Below are positions 1-12,400 of a stretch of DNA of 43,079 nt, one piece after another; within the stretch, counting starts at the first letter, position 1; every line of letters begins with the position of its first letter. Source of the stretch: Phoronis australis (lineage: Eukaryota; Animalia; Phoronida). The notes under the pieces are model-generated. The model ran no database searches. It saw nothing but the letters and a program-made list of their open reading frames with translations, and was not told where the DNA came from. A program made the position numbers and the translations under genes. The stretch is from NCBI GenBank assembly GCA_002633005.1, contig NMRA01001172.1, positions 1 to 43,079 on the forward strand. The letters are read 5' to 3'.

Positions 1-818
1 ATCCCAGTAGCCTTTGCGCACCCTAATTTCCGGACATGCGCAATCGTTAAATCGATTCAGTTGCAACTCCCCTATTCGAGCCAGTGCGTCAACTGTGCCA
101 TTGACCATTGATCACAGAAAAATATGCGCGTGGATGCCATAGCAAAGAATGACCAGGGCGTGCGTTCAGTATACGCTAGGACCTACGATAGGACCTAGCT
201 AATACCAGGAAGAGATAACCAGGAAGAGACAACTGTTTTAGCGCATTTTAACGTGTTTTCAAAAGTGATTTCAAAAGTAAATGTTAAAGTCGTCTGGAAT
301 CCAAGCATTGTGTTTGAAAGCTTAACTCTTTAGCTATAAAATGACACCACTTTGGTCCGCAAAGACTGCATATTAATGGCACTGGGATGCTTTGAACATG
401 ACTTGTTTTACCCTTCCAAAAGATGCCTCTTCCCAGGCATGTACTCGGGCATGATCCTCCTTTTTGAACCAACAGATGTCACTAATATATGCAAATGAGG
501 CTCGCATCTTCTACGTCATATGACGTCATACGACGTCATACGACGCGAACCCTCAGGTGTCTGTAGTCAATGACTCGAAACGCAGTTCTACCTGATTGGG
601 CAGATCTAAGAAAATTTTAATTTTCTTAAAAGAACTCACACAATGGTTTCACATGGAAAATACATTTAATTGTATTTGGATACGCTTGCATTTGTGTAAG
701 CGTGGACTTTGTCATTTTGCTTAAATCCAGATTTAGAAGCAGGTGTTAGTCAAGAAATTAGCTGCTCCCGCCACGGTGGCAGGTGTCGTGGCGTCCCAGT
801 CGCCGGGAAGTCTTACCC

Positions 819-930
819 ATTCATGCGCAATTCGACGAACTAATGCTAGTCCCTGGTCAGCTCCGCTATGATTCATGCGCAATTCGACGAACTAATGCTA
901 GTCGCTGGTCAGCTCCGCGGCTATGATTCA
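819..930 (+). repeat. 52-bp tandem duplication
   Basis: attcatgcgcaattcgacgaactaatgctagtc(c/g)ctggtcagctccgc at 819 and 871. Confidence 0.9.
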
Positions 931-2010
931 TTTGAGACGTGCGGCTTAACTCGAGTATACCCGTGTTCTGGCTCCAAGGTCGTTTTGTTTGACCCAGTTT
1001 CGGGAACTAAGTTCATTTTAATTCGGTCATTTCCTGAAGATTTTTTTGAAAGATATGATCCCGACTCGGAAATCCTTGGCCAATAGAGCTGTATCAAAAT
1101 TCCTTTTTGAAACACGGCCACTGGTCCAGCTTTTGCCGGGCGGCTGGGGAAAATGCTATGGAACGCGTGTCCCAAAAATGCACAAACTTCAACCCCTGCA
1201 GTTCAAGTTCTTTTCCCGTCAATCACTGTGCGCGGATTCTACGCGGGCAGCCTACTGCATGACTACACCTTATTTTAACGTGGGTGCGTTACTGAGTCAC
1301 GACGTGTCCAGCCTTTGCAGTATGCACGGGAATGTCAAGCAAACGATTCTGTTTAGAAGAACCTAAATTCATTGCACAATACTACTGGGAACTACAAGCA
1401 TCAAGGAAATGCAAAGAGACTTTTCAAATTTATGAGCAGTGACTTGAACTTCTTTTTCGATCCGATCTACGGTTTGTAAATTTTTAAATTTCTTTAGTCT
1501 AGTTTTTAATTCAATACATTCATGAATATCACTGTTATCGTTTAGTGTCCTTCTTTGAGATATGGTGGTCTGATGATGTATCGAATTTTTGCAAGTCAGT
1601 CTTCAGCCTTCAACAAAGTTCAGTGACGCATCGCCATTTCTTACAAGACAGCTTCTGTGCTGTGCACGAATGTTTTGTGTTTTTGATGAATTTGGAATCT
1701 CAACTTCCCCTCGTGAGTAGTTGGCAGTGTCATGTCGGAGGTGTATAGAGGGAGCAGCAATGAAAAAAAGTGGGGGCTTAAGCCCCCTCAGCCCCCCTGT
1801 AGTGNTGTAGTGCACCGCCTATGGAACACTGAAAACTTGGACTGAATTAAAGGAGAATGCCACCCGATTTAATTAGTCTTTTTGCCTTATTAATCGGTCT
1901 ATATCCACATCGCCTCGCACACGGTCGACCTTATCTTGCCAAGAAGTGTCGCGTTAACCTGTGAGGAAGGTGAGAAACGACGCTAGCGACGTCAGAGGTT
2001 CATCTGCAGA

Positions 2011-2226
2011 GTGAATGCCGCTATGTTGTGGTGCATCGTTCCCGCTTGTGCGAACTATGCAGCTGCGAGGAAAGCGGGTATATCGTTTTTTCGACTTCCT
2101 CGAGAGTCCGAAATGTTTAGGAAGTGGATCGCAGTAGTGGAGAATGAAAAGTACGCTGTAAATAGCAAGTTGGAAACCGTGGAACATCTCCTTGTCTGTG
2201 GCCTGCAGTCGTCGACAGCCGCGTGA
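2011..2226 (+). pseudogene. THAP domain remnant (transposase N-terminus)
   Basis: CIVPACAN....GISFFRLP.....RKW......LLVC matches the C2CH THAP pattern; truncated before HF/AVP. Confidence 0.75.
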
Positions 2227-2229
2227 GTG

Positions 2230-2426
2230 CCTGACGAATGCCAGCTTGCCAAATAACTATCCCTACGTTCCGTTGTCTGAGCTTGTTCACGGCGCCTCTT
2301 TAGTATTTCTTCATCACTGTATTCCTGTTCGAACTGATAGCCTGTGAAACCTAACGATCCACCTGCGAAGTCTTCGTCGGGACTGATGAGCTCTCGTCCA
2401 AGTCGCCGGGGATTGCGAGTTGCCAT
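2230..2426 (-). pseudogene. N-terminal remnant of the Kolobok second ORF (KolX-like)
   Basis: MATRNP...GYQFEQEYSDEEILKRRRE...YLASW resembles the YxFEP acidic N-terminus that precedes WCxCxxC in P2X7-ballast-like proteins; family link is from memory. Confidence 0.45.
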
Positions 2427-5400
2427 GTTGACGTTTGTTACTGAGCGTTCTGTTTCAAAATGAATTATTCTCACCCTAACCAATACTTATATAAAACTGA
2501 AACAATGTCTGTCTCATTAGATGCAATATGTAATGCCTTTGGAGTGTTCCTGAGTGCAAATGATTTGAGAAGTCAGCATTGAATAAATCACTGCGTTACC
2601 GGGTTTAGGTGCAATAAAACTAATTGACGGGACACCGAGGCCGTGTGAGCTCATGCTAATTTAGTGTTTGATGGCAGAAACTGCTGTGAAACAACTGGAT
2701 TTCCATCCTACGGCCAGATGTTAAGGGAATCTTTATTTATATTTACATTATTCAAATAATGATTGTCAATGTACAACTTCTGCCCTGACCATGTGCGCAC
2801 CCATGGGGGCTCGGGGACTCGAACGAGGGCAAAGTTGCGAAGTGAGCAAAAAGGTCCGCCTCTGGGAAACAAAAAGTCCGAGAAAATTCAAGCGATAAGC
2901 TGACACCAGTAACCCGTGTTGTGAACTGTTTAACGCAACCGTACGTGCCGTTATGGAGTAGAACTACTCGATCTAAATTGATACAAATTAGGTTGTTTTT
3001 TGGGTGGCATGCTCCTTTAATACGCTCCGCAAAATTTTTGCTTTACTTATTTTCTCGAATTTTCGAAATACATGCATGAATGATTAAGTGCACATTTTCA
3101 AGAGCGCTTAGGCGACCTATGCTGCAAAAACGGAGACCCTAACAACAATTGTCCTGGTCAGGGCCCTCAAATGGTAAACCATACACTGATGCCGAGTTGT
3201 CAAAGTTATCTTGAGTTTTCTCTCTGATCAGTATTCGAACTCTTTCTTTTTTGTCTTTCCCCAGCCGCACACCTTTGTCGGTTGTCATGGTTTAACCCTG
3301 AGGCATGCAATTTTTTGGGGTGGCACTCGCCCTCCCCCCGCTCAGCTTACTAAGGTCCTGATGCAAGGAGTCCATCTTTGGTCAAAGGTCAATGTTGTGT
3401 TTCAACACGGCACTCGTTGTATAGCTTGAGCATTAAATTATAGGTTTAAGAAATACAGGAGCAGTTTTGCGCATTTATGTGTGCGTGTAAAAGGGTTTAT
3501 GGATTTGTACTGAATTTGTTGCTGTATCTTGTCTCATGGGCCTGTACCCAGCACGTGACCACTAATGTGGACACTAATTCGGCTATTGCACAAGTCGACT
3601 GTAGCAAGGTGGCCAGTGAAAATGTAAGGCAGCACCACGCCAGTGGGCGTGAGTGACAACTCGGATTTCTAGTCTCTTATTATGAAAACCATTGAAGCAC
3701 CTGCAAACAAGAATTTTGAAGTATGGAGAATTTCAACAGGCGTTAGCTGTAGACTTAGTCGCGAAGCTGCCAACATTCCAGCCACGGTTACTGCCGGTCC
3801 TTCGAAGCAATTATAGCACATATATACGAATTTTTAAGAATTGCAACGGTGCGTTAATGTCCATGGCGTCGAGGAATCTGAGGCATTTAATGATGAACAA
3901 CTGTTATGGCTTAATTTGGAAAAACACTTAGCAAAACTAACTTCCAGGTATGCATACTGTGGCGGAATTAAGAAATACGATTATGGCAGTGCTAATTGTA
4001 GCAGAGCCAAAAAGTGTGCTAAAATGGTAGAAAATTAGGCATAACATTTCTGTAGCAGATAAAAGGTTGATTGGCACAGGAGAAGGCCGATGTCTTCAAT
4101 GCTCAGAAAAATTTCGGCAGGCAAGAGACTTGCCAAGAAAATGGCACAGTTGAGTGAGGGCATTCTAAAGGAAAGAACTGCAGCCAATTCCAGTTATTCG
4201 GTGCAACTTCTCTCACCCGACGGCGTTGTTTCACGATACCGCAACCTCTAACAACGTCAAAGAAACGAAACGCGGAGGGTGAGATATTACAGAGTATTAA
4301 TATTATTCTTGGATACAGATGTCCACCTCAAAATGAATTTCCCACGGTCATTCTTTATGCCGATAGCAATGATTTCGTCAACTGAAGAAGAACATGTACC
4401 ATAGACATCCCGCGCGCTCCGTCTACGGTTCTGACACTTCAAACTTTTGTCAACACGATAGGTAGCCGCAGAAAGTTCGATGTTGACCTCATTCTAATCT
4501 TCTCTGCAATCCACAGTCTGGGGACGAAAACAATTCAATCCGCTCCTCGAAATAGGGCTTGCTTAGCTGGAATTCAGAATTGCGGTCATGAGAGTGTTTT
4601 CACCTCCTGATTGCGAAGCGATCGAGTTAGTTGTGGTATCTTCATCAGCGCGTGCTCTCAGCGGGAGGTCACCGCTTTATCCACTCAAGCGCTCGACAAC
4701 AACTAAACTGACAAGAGTCTCAGAACTCCCACATGCAAATTTATATGCAAATGAGGGAGTACTTGACTACTGCGCCATCTATACATCGACGGAAAAGCTT
4801 AAATACCCGTGACTGCGTGTGGGAAGTTGCGGTTGCGTGCGCTGAAGTCGATATTTTCAAAGTACAATTACACCACTGTTTAAGGTTGCAAAGAGAGTTT
4901 TTTGATATCCTTCTATAGAAAAAGCATTAATCTCTCTGATAAAATCACCTGTTTCCTTTTAAACGAAACTTAAGTCCTGAAATTAGTCCGGGGAAGGAGG
5001 CCAAAAACGGCGGTTTAGCTAGTTGTCACTTCCTGGTTATCTCTTCCTGCTAATACCTAGTCAAAGTCACGTGTTCTCATTTAAGATGCACGGCAATATC
5101 TCACGTAATTTCGCTAAACGGGGAAGCGTGTAAGACAGTTTAGGCGAATTACACCACTATAGGGAAAGACCACCCACCAAGATGCATAATATCCAATCTG
5201 TGACACAGAAACTGTAGTTGAATCCTGCTTTCAATCTTTCAAGTTTGAGTCCCTTGATGCATTAGCGGGTGACAGTACAATCAATGATTGGTTGAAATTA
5301 CCAACACAGGTTTAGTACCCTTTAGGAAATGCCACAAACGAAGCAAACTCGCTGAGCTAAAGTGTCAGCAACTGTTCTATTTTTGATTGGAGAGAGATTC

Positions 5401-6322
5401 CAAAATTAAGCAAATGTCACTTGTACCCTTTGCACGCTGTATAAATTTCATATCCTTAGTCAAACCAGTAGTCGACATTTTCCGTTGAAAATTGTCGACG
5501 ATCGCATTCAACCACGGCTCATTGAATGCCACCTAGCATTTGCTACTAAACTGTCCGGCATTGAAAATGAATGATCTTATCTCCCCTGTTTGCTTGTTAT
5601 TGAATGTGCGTCACAATCCGAGATGTCGATAGTGAGAGTGAGAACATTCTGGATGAATATGCGAGGTATAAGGATGAAACAAATTCGTTGCCAGAAGGTT
5701 CCGATAACGACCATAGAAATGGAGAACGCATACACCAACGACGACGTTCAGAGGATTGCATTTCGTCTCATCCGCTATCGAAGAACGCTACCAGGTGACT
5801 CATAGATGACTTCTTATGCCCTAATAGGAGATCACGTGGCAGATTCCCGAGCGTTTTGGAAATTTGCTAATAACATTTTATTCAGAGTTAAATAATGAGT
5901 ATGAAGCAGTGTGACGCGCATGACTTGCCTCTGTGTGATCGACTCAGGTTTCGTCACAGGCCTCGGAAATGTCGGTGAGTACCGCCGTCGCTCTGTTGGC
6001 GTAGCTTCTACGGAAGGCGAATATAGCTTTCCCGTTAGAGTGGCAACTCTAACTTAACTTCCTTTACCGTTCCAACTAACTCCTCTCTGGTAAGGACATC
6101 GGAGTTTTCGTTTTTCTGGGATTAAACGCCAGGTGGCATAGTTCATGATTTGCATTCTCTAATGAACATACATCCGTGTTGCATATCGCACCTCTATTCC
6201 CAATTGCTTTGTGTGTAACTATTTTCGATAATCTCTCTATCGATTACTCCCACAGGAACGGACTTCACTTTACCCCGCCCTGCAATTGGGAAAGCGACAT
6301 AAGACGCGTTTTTTTGTTGCAG

Positions 6323-6426
6323 TGGAACCTGGTCTGCGATAAAGCACACATGGGGGCGTCCCCGGCGTCAATTATTTCTGCTTCCCAGATACTCAGCTGC
6401 ATCACATTCGGATACTTGGCTGACAA
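6323..6426 (+). CDS. SLC22 exon (WNLVCDK...FGYLADK)
   Basis: ttgcag| acceptor, |gtgag donor, 104 nt, phase 0-2. Confidence 0.92.
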
Positions 6427-9400
6427 GTGAGACGTTGAGGGTGATTCTATAAATAAACCAACTTGTACAATTTCCAGTTGTCTAGACTCTCTCACTGTGT
6501 TCTTGAGAATTTAAATACCAGCATGGATTTGGTTTTGATAAACTACTATGTTATTTTCTTATATTTCTTTCCATATCTATTTGCACTCCTTTAATATAGA
6601 AGTTGGATAATGCATCAGGCATTGTTCAATTGAAAATAATAGGCCTATACCTCACGCTGTTGTTTTTGAATAGGACTTTTTTGAAGCATTCAGTTTGATA
6701 GATATATCACTGAGCCTTACCTTTCGCATTTGTTATTTCTTGTATTCAAGGCCAGTGTAAAGTAAAGAGCTAATGAAAAGAAAAGACCATTACACTTGCA
6801 GGATCATACAGTGTTGTTGGTAGAAAGATTAACATTTGAAATACGCCAATCTATTGATGCTGCTGATCATAGTAGCACTGATATAATACGCATGAATTAA
6901 AAACCATTTCAGGTTTGGACGTCGAAAACTACTTATCACACAGATATTTTTACGTATTCTGACTGGTGTCGCGTCAGCATTTGCCAGCAGCCCGATATTC
7001 TACTTTGCTTGTACGTTTCTCTCCGGATTTTCTAACGGAGGAACCTACAACCTTGCTTGGATTCTTGGTGAGTTGTGGCGAGCATCTTTCAATTCTAAAA
7101 TAACCACAACGTGTTTCATTTAAACTTAAAAATCTACGATGCATTCAATCACTCGCGACTCAACGCGTGGAAAAATCTTGTTTTATCAGACGGATATATC
7201 TAAGGCAAATATTAGGTCTCTACCAGACCGCAGAAACGTCCTTAACGACGTTCCTTTCTTTTTAAAATACTTCTTGTTTCCAAGAGCTGCAATTCTCATC
7301 ATTAAAATATAGGTGCATTGTTCCAATCAACTCATATATACCTTCTACCTGCCGTGAAACAGAAGAATTGAGTTACGGTTAATAATGGGGCTATTCGACG
7401 AATTCTCCTCGCGGTGTCGCTGCTGTACTAGTGGTGATTGTCTGCAAGCAAACAGCTGATAAAAAGACTGAATTGTTGTGAAAATACGTCGTAGCGCTAA
7501 GCCTTATTATTGCTATTTTCCGTGGTGCAAGTCTCCGACAGGTGGTCTCAAATTACCAAAAGACCTAAGGTTACTACAGGCGTGGAGAATTACGATAAAA
7601 CTGGTCAACCAAGTGACAAAAAGTGTGTGGATGCCGAGGCCTCACGCCCAGTGGGAGCTCTATGCATTTCCATTGAGAGACAACATAATCACGTTACTTG
7701 GTAAGTTTTTTGCAATTAGTTTCTATCGACATAGCTCACTGATGTTATCTTCACCAGTTACTCACTGAATAACGGGTTTATTCTGTGGAACAAAGTGTTA
7801 ACTTTTCAGAAACTCACCCGGGACCCCGATGGTATGCTAGCAGCACATACCAAGTATTCATATATTGTCCTGAGTGAAAGTGCTCCCAATACAAGAGGTG
7901 TATGGGACGTGCCAATCAGAAGTCAAAGGTGAAGTCACAGCAGTTACTCTTCAAAACTATGCTATGTCCAATAACATTCTCTAGATGAGTGAGTTTCCTT
8001 ATTTAATAGAGGACACCACCCCCAGGACTACCACATTAGTTACTGAATTAACATGAATGGGCTATTCAGTAAATTTGTAACACTGCATTGGAATAAATAT
8101 TGACACCTAGAATGAATTTTATTTGTTGAGACCATAAACACATTTTAGGTGTCATGAAAACTACACATTCTTAAATCACTTGTAGCCAGTTTCACATATT
8201 TCAATTCAGATCATAAGGCTTGGGTACAAAGATTATTGGTTTTTACATATAAACATGAAGATGAAATGTTAAGTATGTTCTGCCTTACAAAAGTAGTTTT
8301 TTCTTGTGTTTTCTTTTATAATTCGCTAATATTTCTCTGACTATTCTGTTACAGGTGAGAGAAAACGACTGAAACCAGCCGCCTTACCGTCATTTTAGCT
8401 TTCGTCAAAATGAAAAGCAGTCCTTTAGCAATAACCTCTCAATTCAGAAAGTCATCCCTTGATATCGATGATTATTACCACAACATTAGCGTCAAATGGC
8501 AAATACAACCGTGTAATAACCCATAAAGTTATCTCACTAGTGAGATACCGATTTGGCGGGAAACCTAGGACGGGGTCGAACCCGGGACCCTAACATTGCT
8601 AGTCGCCGACTTTACCACTACACCACGCAGCGACTGACGTCATCAAGATTGAAAATAGAATACTTAAATGAGCACGCGCAATAATCGCACGTTCAACAAA
8701 CCACATTGTACTGTACTTATACGCAACGAAAAATAAGACACAGAATTTCCATAAAAATGATATCTTAATTCGGTGAAATTTTTCTCTCATGTCCTCTTAC
8801 TTATAAATCACCGATCTCTAGTTTGAATGCGGGTATCGTCTCGTCAGGATCTTTGACTTGAGAATTATATTCAGTTACCAGTGGTAACATACTGTAGCAG
8901 ACGATAATTTCCCGGTCGAAGCTTAGCGTTATTTTAAGCTACAATAGTTCATAAACCTTAATTTATAAATTCAATTTATTTCTATAATATTTAAGTTTTC
9001 AATTGGTTTTGAGTAAAAGCATTATTTGACAAAAATAGCCGGGCTTTTCTTAAAAGGTCGCGACCTCCGACCCCGGGCCTCTGACATAGAAAGTAGTTAC
9101 ACAGCCGTGGAGAGTCAGAAAAGGTAAATCGATTCATTGCAATGTTTCTCGTTTAGTATGTGGTATAAATAGATTATTACATGTTCTCAGCCGTTATCCC
9201 CCGTTATCTAGAGCCCTCGTGGATTTTGGAGAATTATCACCCTCGGGGCTAACGCCCCTCGGGCGATAATTCTCCAAAATCCACTCGGGCTCTAGATAAC
9301 GGGGGATAACGACTTCGCCATGTAATAATCTATATTTATGGACTCTGTTGCATTTGGAAAATTACAATTGTTTTTAACAATGTTGTTCCTTTGTATGTAT

Positions 9401-12400
9401 GTGGTTGTTCTGTTTGCCATTTTGTTTTTAAGTACACTGACAATTGTTTATTCTCGAATCTTGTGCATACATGTAGCAACTACCTACGATTGAAAACATT
9501 GCTTGCATGTGCAACCTTTGCTATAGACAAGTTAACACAAAACTTAAAGCTGTTGTGAAACAATTACTCGATTTTATATGCTATGGTCACATGTTAGGGG
9601 AATCTTTATTTAGAAACACAGATACATTATTCAAATCATTGTTACTGTACAACCTTTGCCCTGACGGTCTGTGGAAGGGGAAGCCGACTTCGCGGCCCCC
9701 GATAAGTAAATTGATTTTCAGTTTCGTAGCTAATTCACATAAATAATTACGTGCATATTATTTCTTTGGCTCACTATTATAGTCTTTTCGTGACTGGAGG
9801 TTTAGTTTTCAACTCAAGCTGGTTGATGTTCGTCCCAGTGCCTTATCGGGTTCCGAGCCACTGGCCGGGATAACAAGTGTTTTGTGTGTTTAGAACTCAA
9901 AAAATCATAAGAATAAACAACACAGATTAAGGTTCTCTTGTCTGTATTTCACGGAAGAATACTTCGAATTTATATCCGAACAGATCCCAAACTCCTGCTA
10001 CGGACCTTGGTAAATTGACCTGCCGAACTTTTAGGCTACGTTGTGTCCAAACATCAACACGTTTTTATAAGAACTTGATGTATTTTTAAGGGCTTTACAT
10101 CGAAGTTTGATGATTTATTGGTGTAAACGATGACACCAGTAACCCGTGTTCTGAACAGCTGAACAGACTCCATGTGAAACCAATGACGTCATTGGATAAT
10201 TGTTGCAAAAGCGATGCATATCTCCTCTGCACGGTACAAGCCCTCAAACCTAAAAAACAAAGGTCACAGGTGAAAACAGACATGATATATTCCATGTCAA
10301 TAGATTTCCGGACGACATAGGATTGGGAGCAAACAAATAGCCTAATATATATTTGTCACGTACCCCTTGGGCTTGGATTGTAATCTTACCTGACTAACAA
10401 TTATAGAGTTGACAGCATAAACATTCAGCATTGATTGATGTAACCGTCACTGATGAACCTGCTAGAAATCATTCCAAACATTAATAATACTACTTTGATG
10501 AACGAAAAGATCCCGAGTGCTAAGTCAAGTACCATCACGAACCTTACCTTTCTATAAGGTCATGCTTACTTCATCTCGTAGAAGCACCTTTTCACGCAAT
10601 CTCAGATTCAGGTGGCACGGCTGCGAGCCATTTCACCATGTATTAATGGGTTTGCCAAATCGAGGCCGCTATATCTATCACCACTAGTACCCGCGCGCCC
10701 TCTAGCTACATGTATGTAAAGATTGTCGAATAGCCCCATTGCGTTACCCGTGGAAGAATGCTGTTAATGAGAGCGTTCTCGAAGGTCGTGACTGAAAAGA
10801 AAATTGTCTAACCTAGGCGTTTACCCACACTTTAATTATGGACTTTCGTCCCAGAAGCACCATCTTTTTGTAGGAGTTAATAGAATTCCATAAACCTATC
10901 CCTTTCGTGGAAATTGACCTATCGCCGGGATTTTGAGTGACGGCTTAACTGACCAATCAGAACGCAGCATTTTTGACACACCTTCGTTTCCAAGCTGCCA
11001 TTTTAGCCGATAAACAACACATTGTCGGGTAAAACTTATTGTTTGTTTGTCTATTTCGCATGTTGGCGGAGCTTGAGACAAGTAAAATCTTGGACAGATG
11101 TCTTTTAACACATAAAGCACGATACAGCACAAGAATAAATGCCCTGTAGTAGAAAATTAGTCCATATTTTACAATGCACATTTTGAAATAAAAATAACCT
11201 CAAAAGTCCAATCTGCAATCTTCAGCATTTGATAGACCAATGGAAAATGGACCTGTAGTTTCGTACTCTCAATGTGAACCTTTTACGGGGAACTTAGGGT
11301 GCTGCCTTTTGGAAGGAAACTGGGCGTGAAAAAAAGTCGGCCATCTGAGTGGCACGTCTCGTTTTCCACTCATGGGAGTAACTCGGGGTAATTGGTAATA
11401 AAACATCAACGCTGGAATCTATTGGTGTCTTTGCAGGGATGGAGTACATAGGAGAAAGGAGGCGTCTGTTGTTTGGGACTATTGCTGTTACTTTCTGGGC
11501 ACTTGGATATATGCTGGTAGGCGGAGTCGCTTACTTCATACGTCATTGGTTCATTCTGACCCTCGTGTGCAACGTTCCCGTGGTTTTGGTGTTATTGTTG
11601 TTTATTTGGTAAGAATGTAGAGGATACGTCACTGTGCTCATTTTTATGTGCTAACATTAGTAGCGAAGCTACTAATAAGGAAACGAAGGCCAGTTTGCAT
11701 GAAGGTCAAGGACAAAATGGAGTGTCTGTTTCTGTTCCAAAGTGCAATTAACTACGCTTTGGTTTCCCTGCGTCTTCCCGCTGTTAGCCCCTAAAGATGA
11801 AAGCGTAATTACACACCCGAATGTACCCGAAGGCGTCCAGAATGGAACACGTACACTTGAATGACATTACTTCGCCATCACAGGTTTTTTTGAGTAATAA
11901 GAATTTTCGATTTCATTTTGTCTCCTTACGTTTCTACCTAGGCTGCTGCCGGAATCCCCTCGTTGGTTGATGCAGACTGGTAAACGAGAGGAGGCGAAGA
12001 AATTGTTGTTGAAAATAGCGAAATATTCACATTATTCACAAGAAGAGTTTGAAGATGGATTTGGGAAAACAGAAGTACACATAGACTTAGTAAGTTGGTA
12101 ATTTAACATCTCGAAAAACTTACGTCATCAAAGCGTCCCCGTTATGTTGATTACTGTGCAATATACGGTAATCACGTGAACAATTCACTGTCTTATGTAC
12201 ATGTATAACAGATTCATGTTTGTCAATGCCCACATACATGAAGATGGTACCGGAACAACACGACTCACGCCCTATTACTGAACACACATACAGCAAACTT
12301 AGAAACTCGTGCACGCATCCACAAAACATGACTGACGCGCAAGCAAATGTCAGCTCGCTGACTCACTTCAACTGATGAACTGCAACTGTGTAGTACAGTA

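Larger units (their letters stand above)
1851..3016. mobile_element. Kolobok-like DNA transposon, internal-deletion derivative
   Basis: TTAA|AGGAGAATGCCACCC ... GGGTGGCATGCTCCT|TTAA (TIR 14/15, TTAA TSD, RR..YY ends); contains a THAP remnant (+) and a convergent second-ORF remnant (-). Confidence 0.85.
206..5049. mobile_element. Non-autonomous TIR DNA transposon (P-like if 7-bp TSD, MULE-like if 9-bp TSD), 4.8 kb, with nested insertions
   Basis: 29-bp TIR CAGGAAGAGATAACCAGGAAG(A/T)GACAACT at 206-234 and 5021-5049 (28/29). Flanked by CTAATAC (199-205, 5050-5056), extendable to GCTAATACC if the element is 207-5048. Confidence 0.85.
7387..10737 (+). mobile_element. ISL2EU-like (Harbinger-related) DNA transposon, decayed, in an SLC22 intron
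   Basis: AT|GGGGCTATTCGAC ... GTCGAATAGCCCC|AT perfect TIR with AT TSD; spliced THAP remnant at the left end; SAP-like (KGASTR*SKHDLIER) and SWIM-like fragments on the - strand near the right end. Confidence 0.72.

Noticed and set aside
513-545. CRE (TGACGTCA) cluster as a promoter
   Set aside because: A 10-bp tandem repeat within a transposon subterminal region, with no linked transcription start.
868-1086. ORF starting MIHAQFDELMLVAGQLRGY as SLC22 exon 1
   Set aside because: Superficial likeness to FDDIL..VGEFGRYQ only; no TM1 or Cys loop, and it lies in a tandem repeat inside a transposon.
5590-5805. ORFs upstream of the first visible SLC22 exon
   Set aside because: No SLC22 exon-1 motifs and no other recognisable domain.
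6034-6053. Hairpin GTTAGAGT-GGCA-ACTCTAAC as a terminator or Helitron end
   Set aside because: Eukaryotic context, no CTRR end and no matching 5' end found.
8563-8635. Functional tRNA gene
   Set aside because: A and B boxes are present but the acceptor and anticodon stems do not pair.
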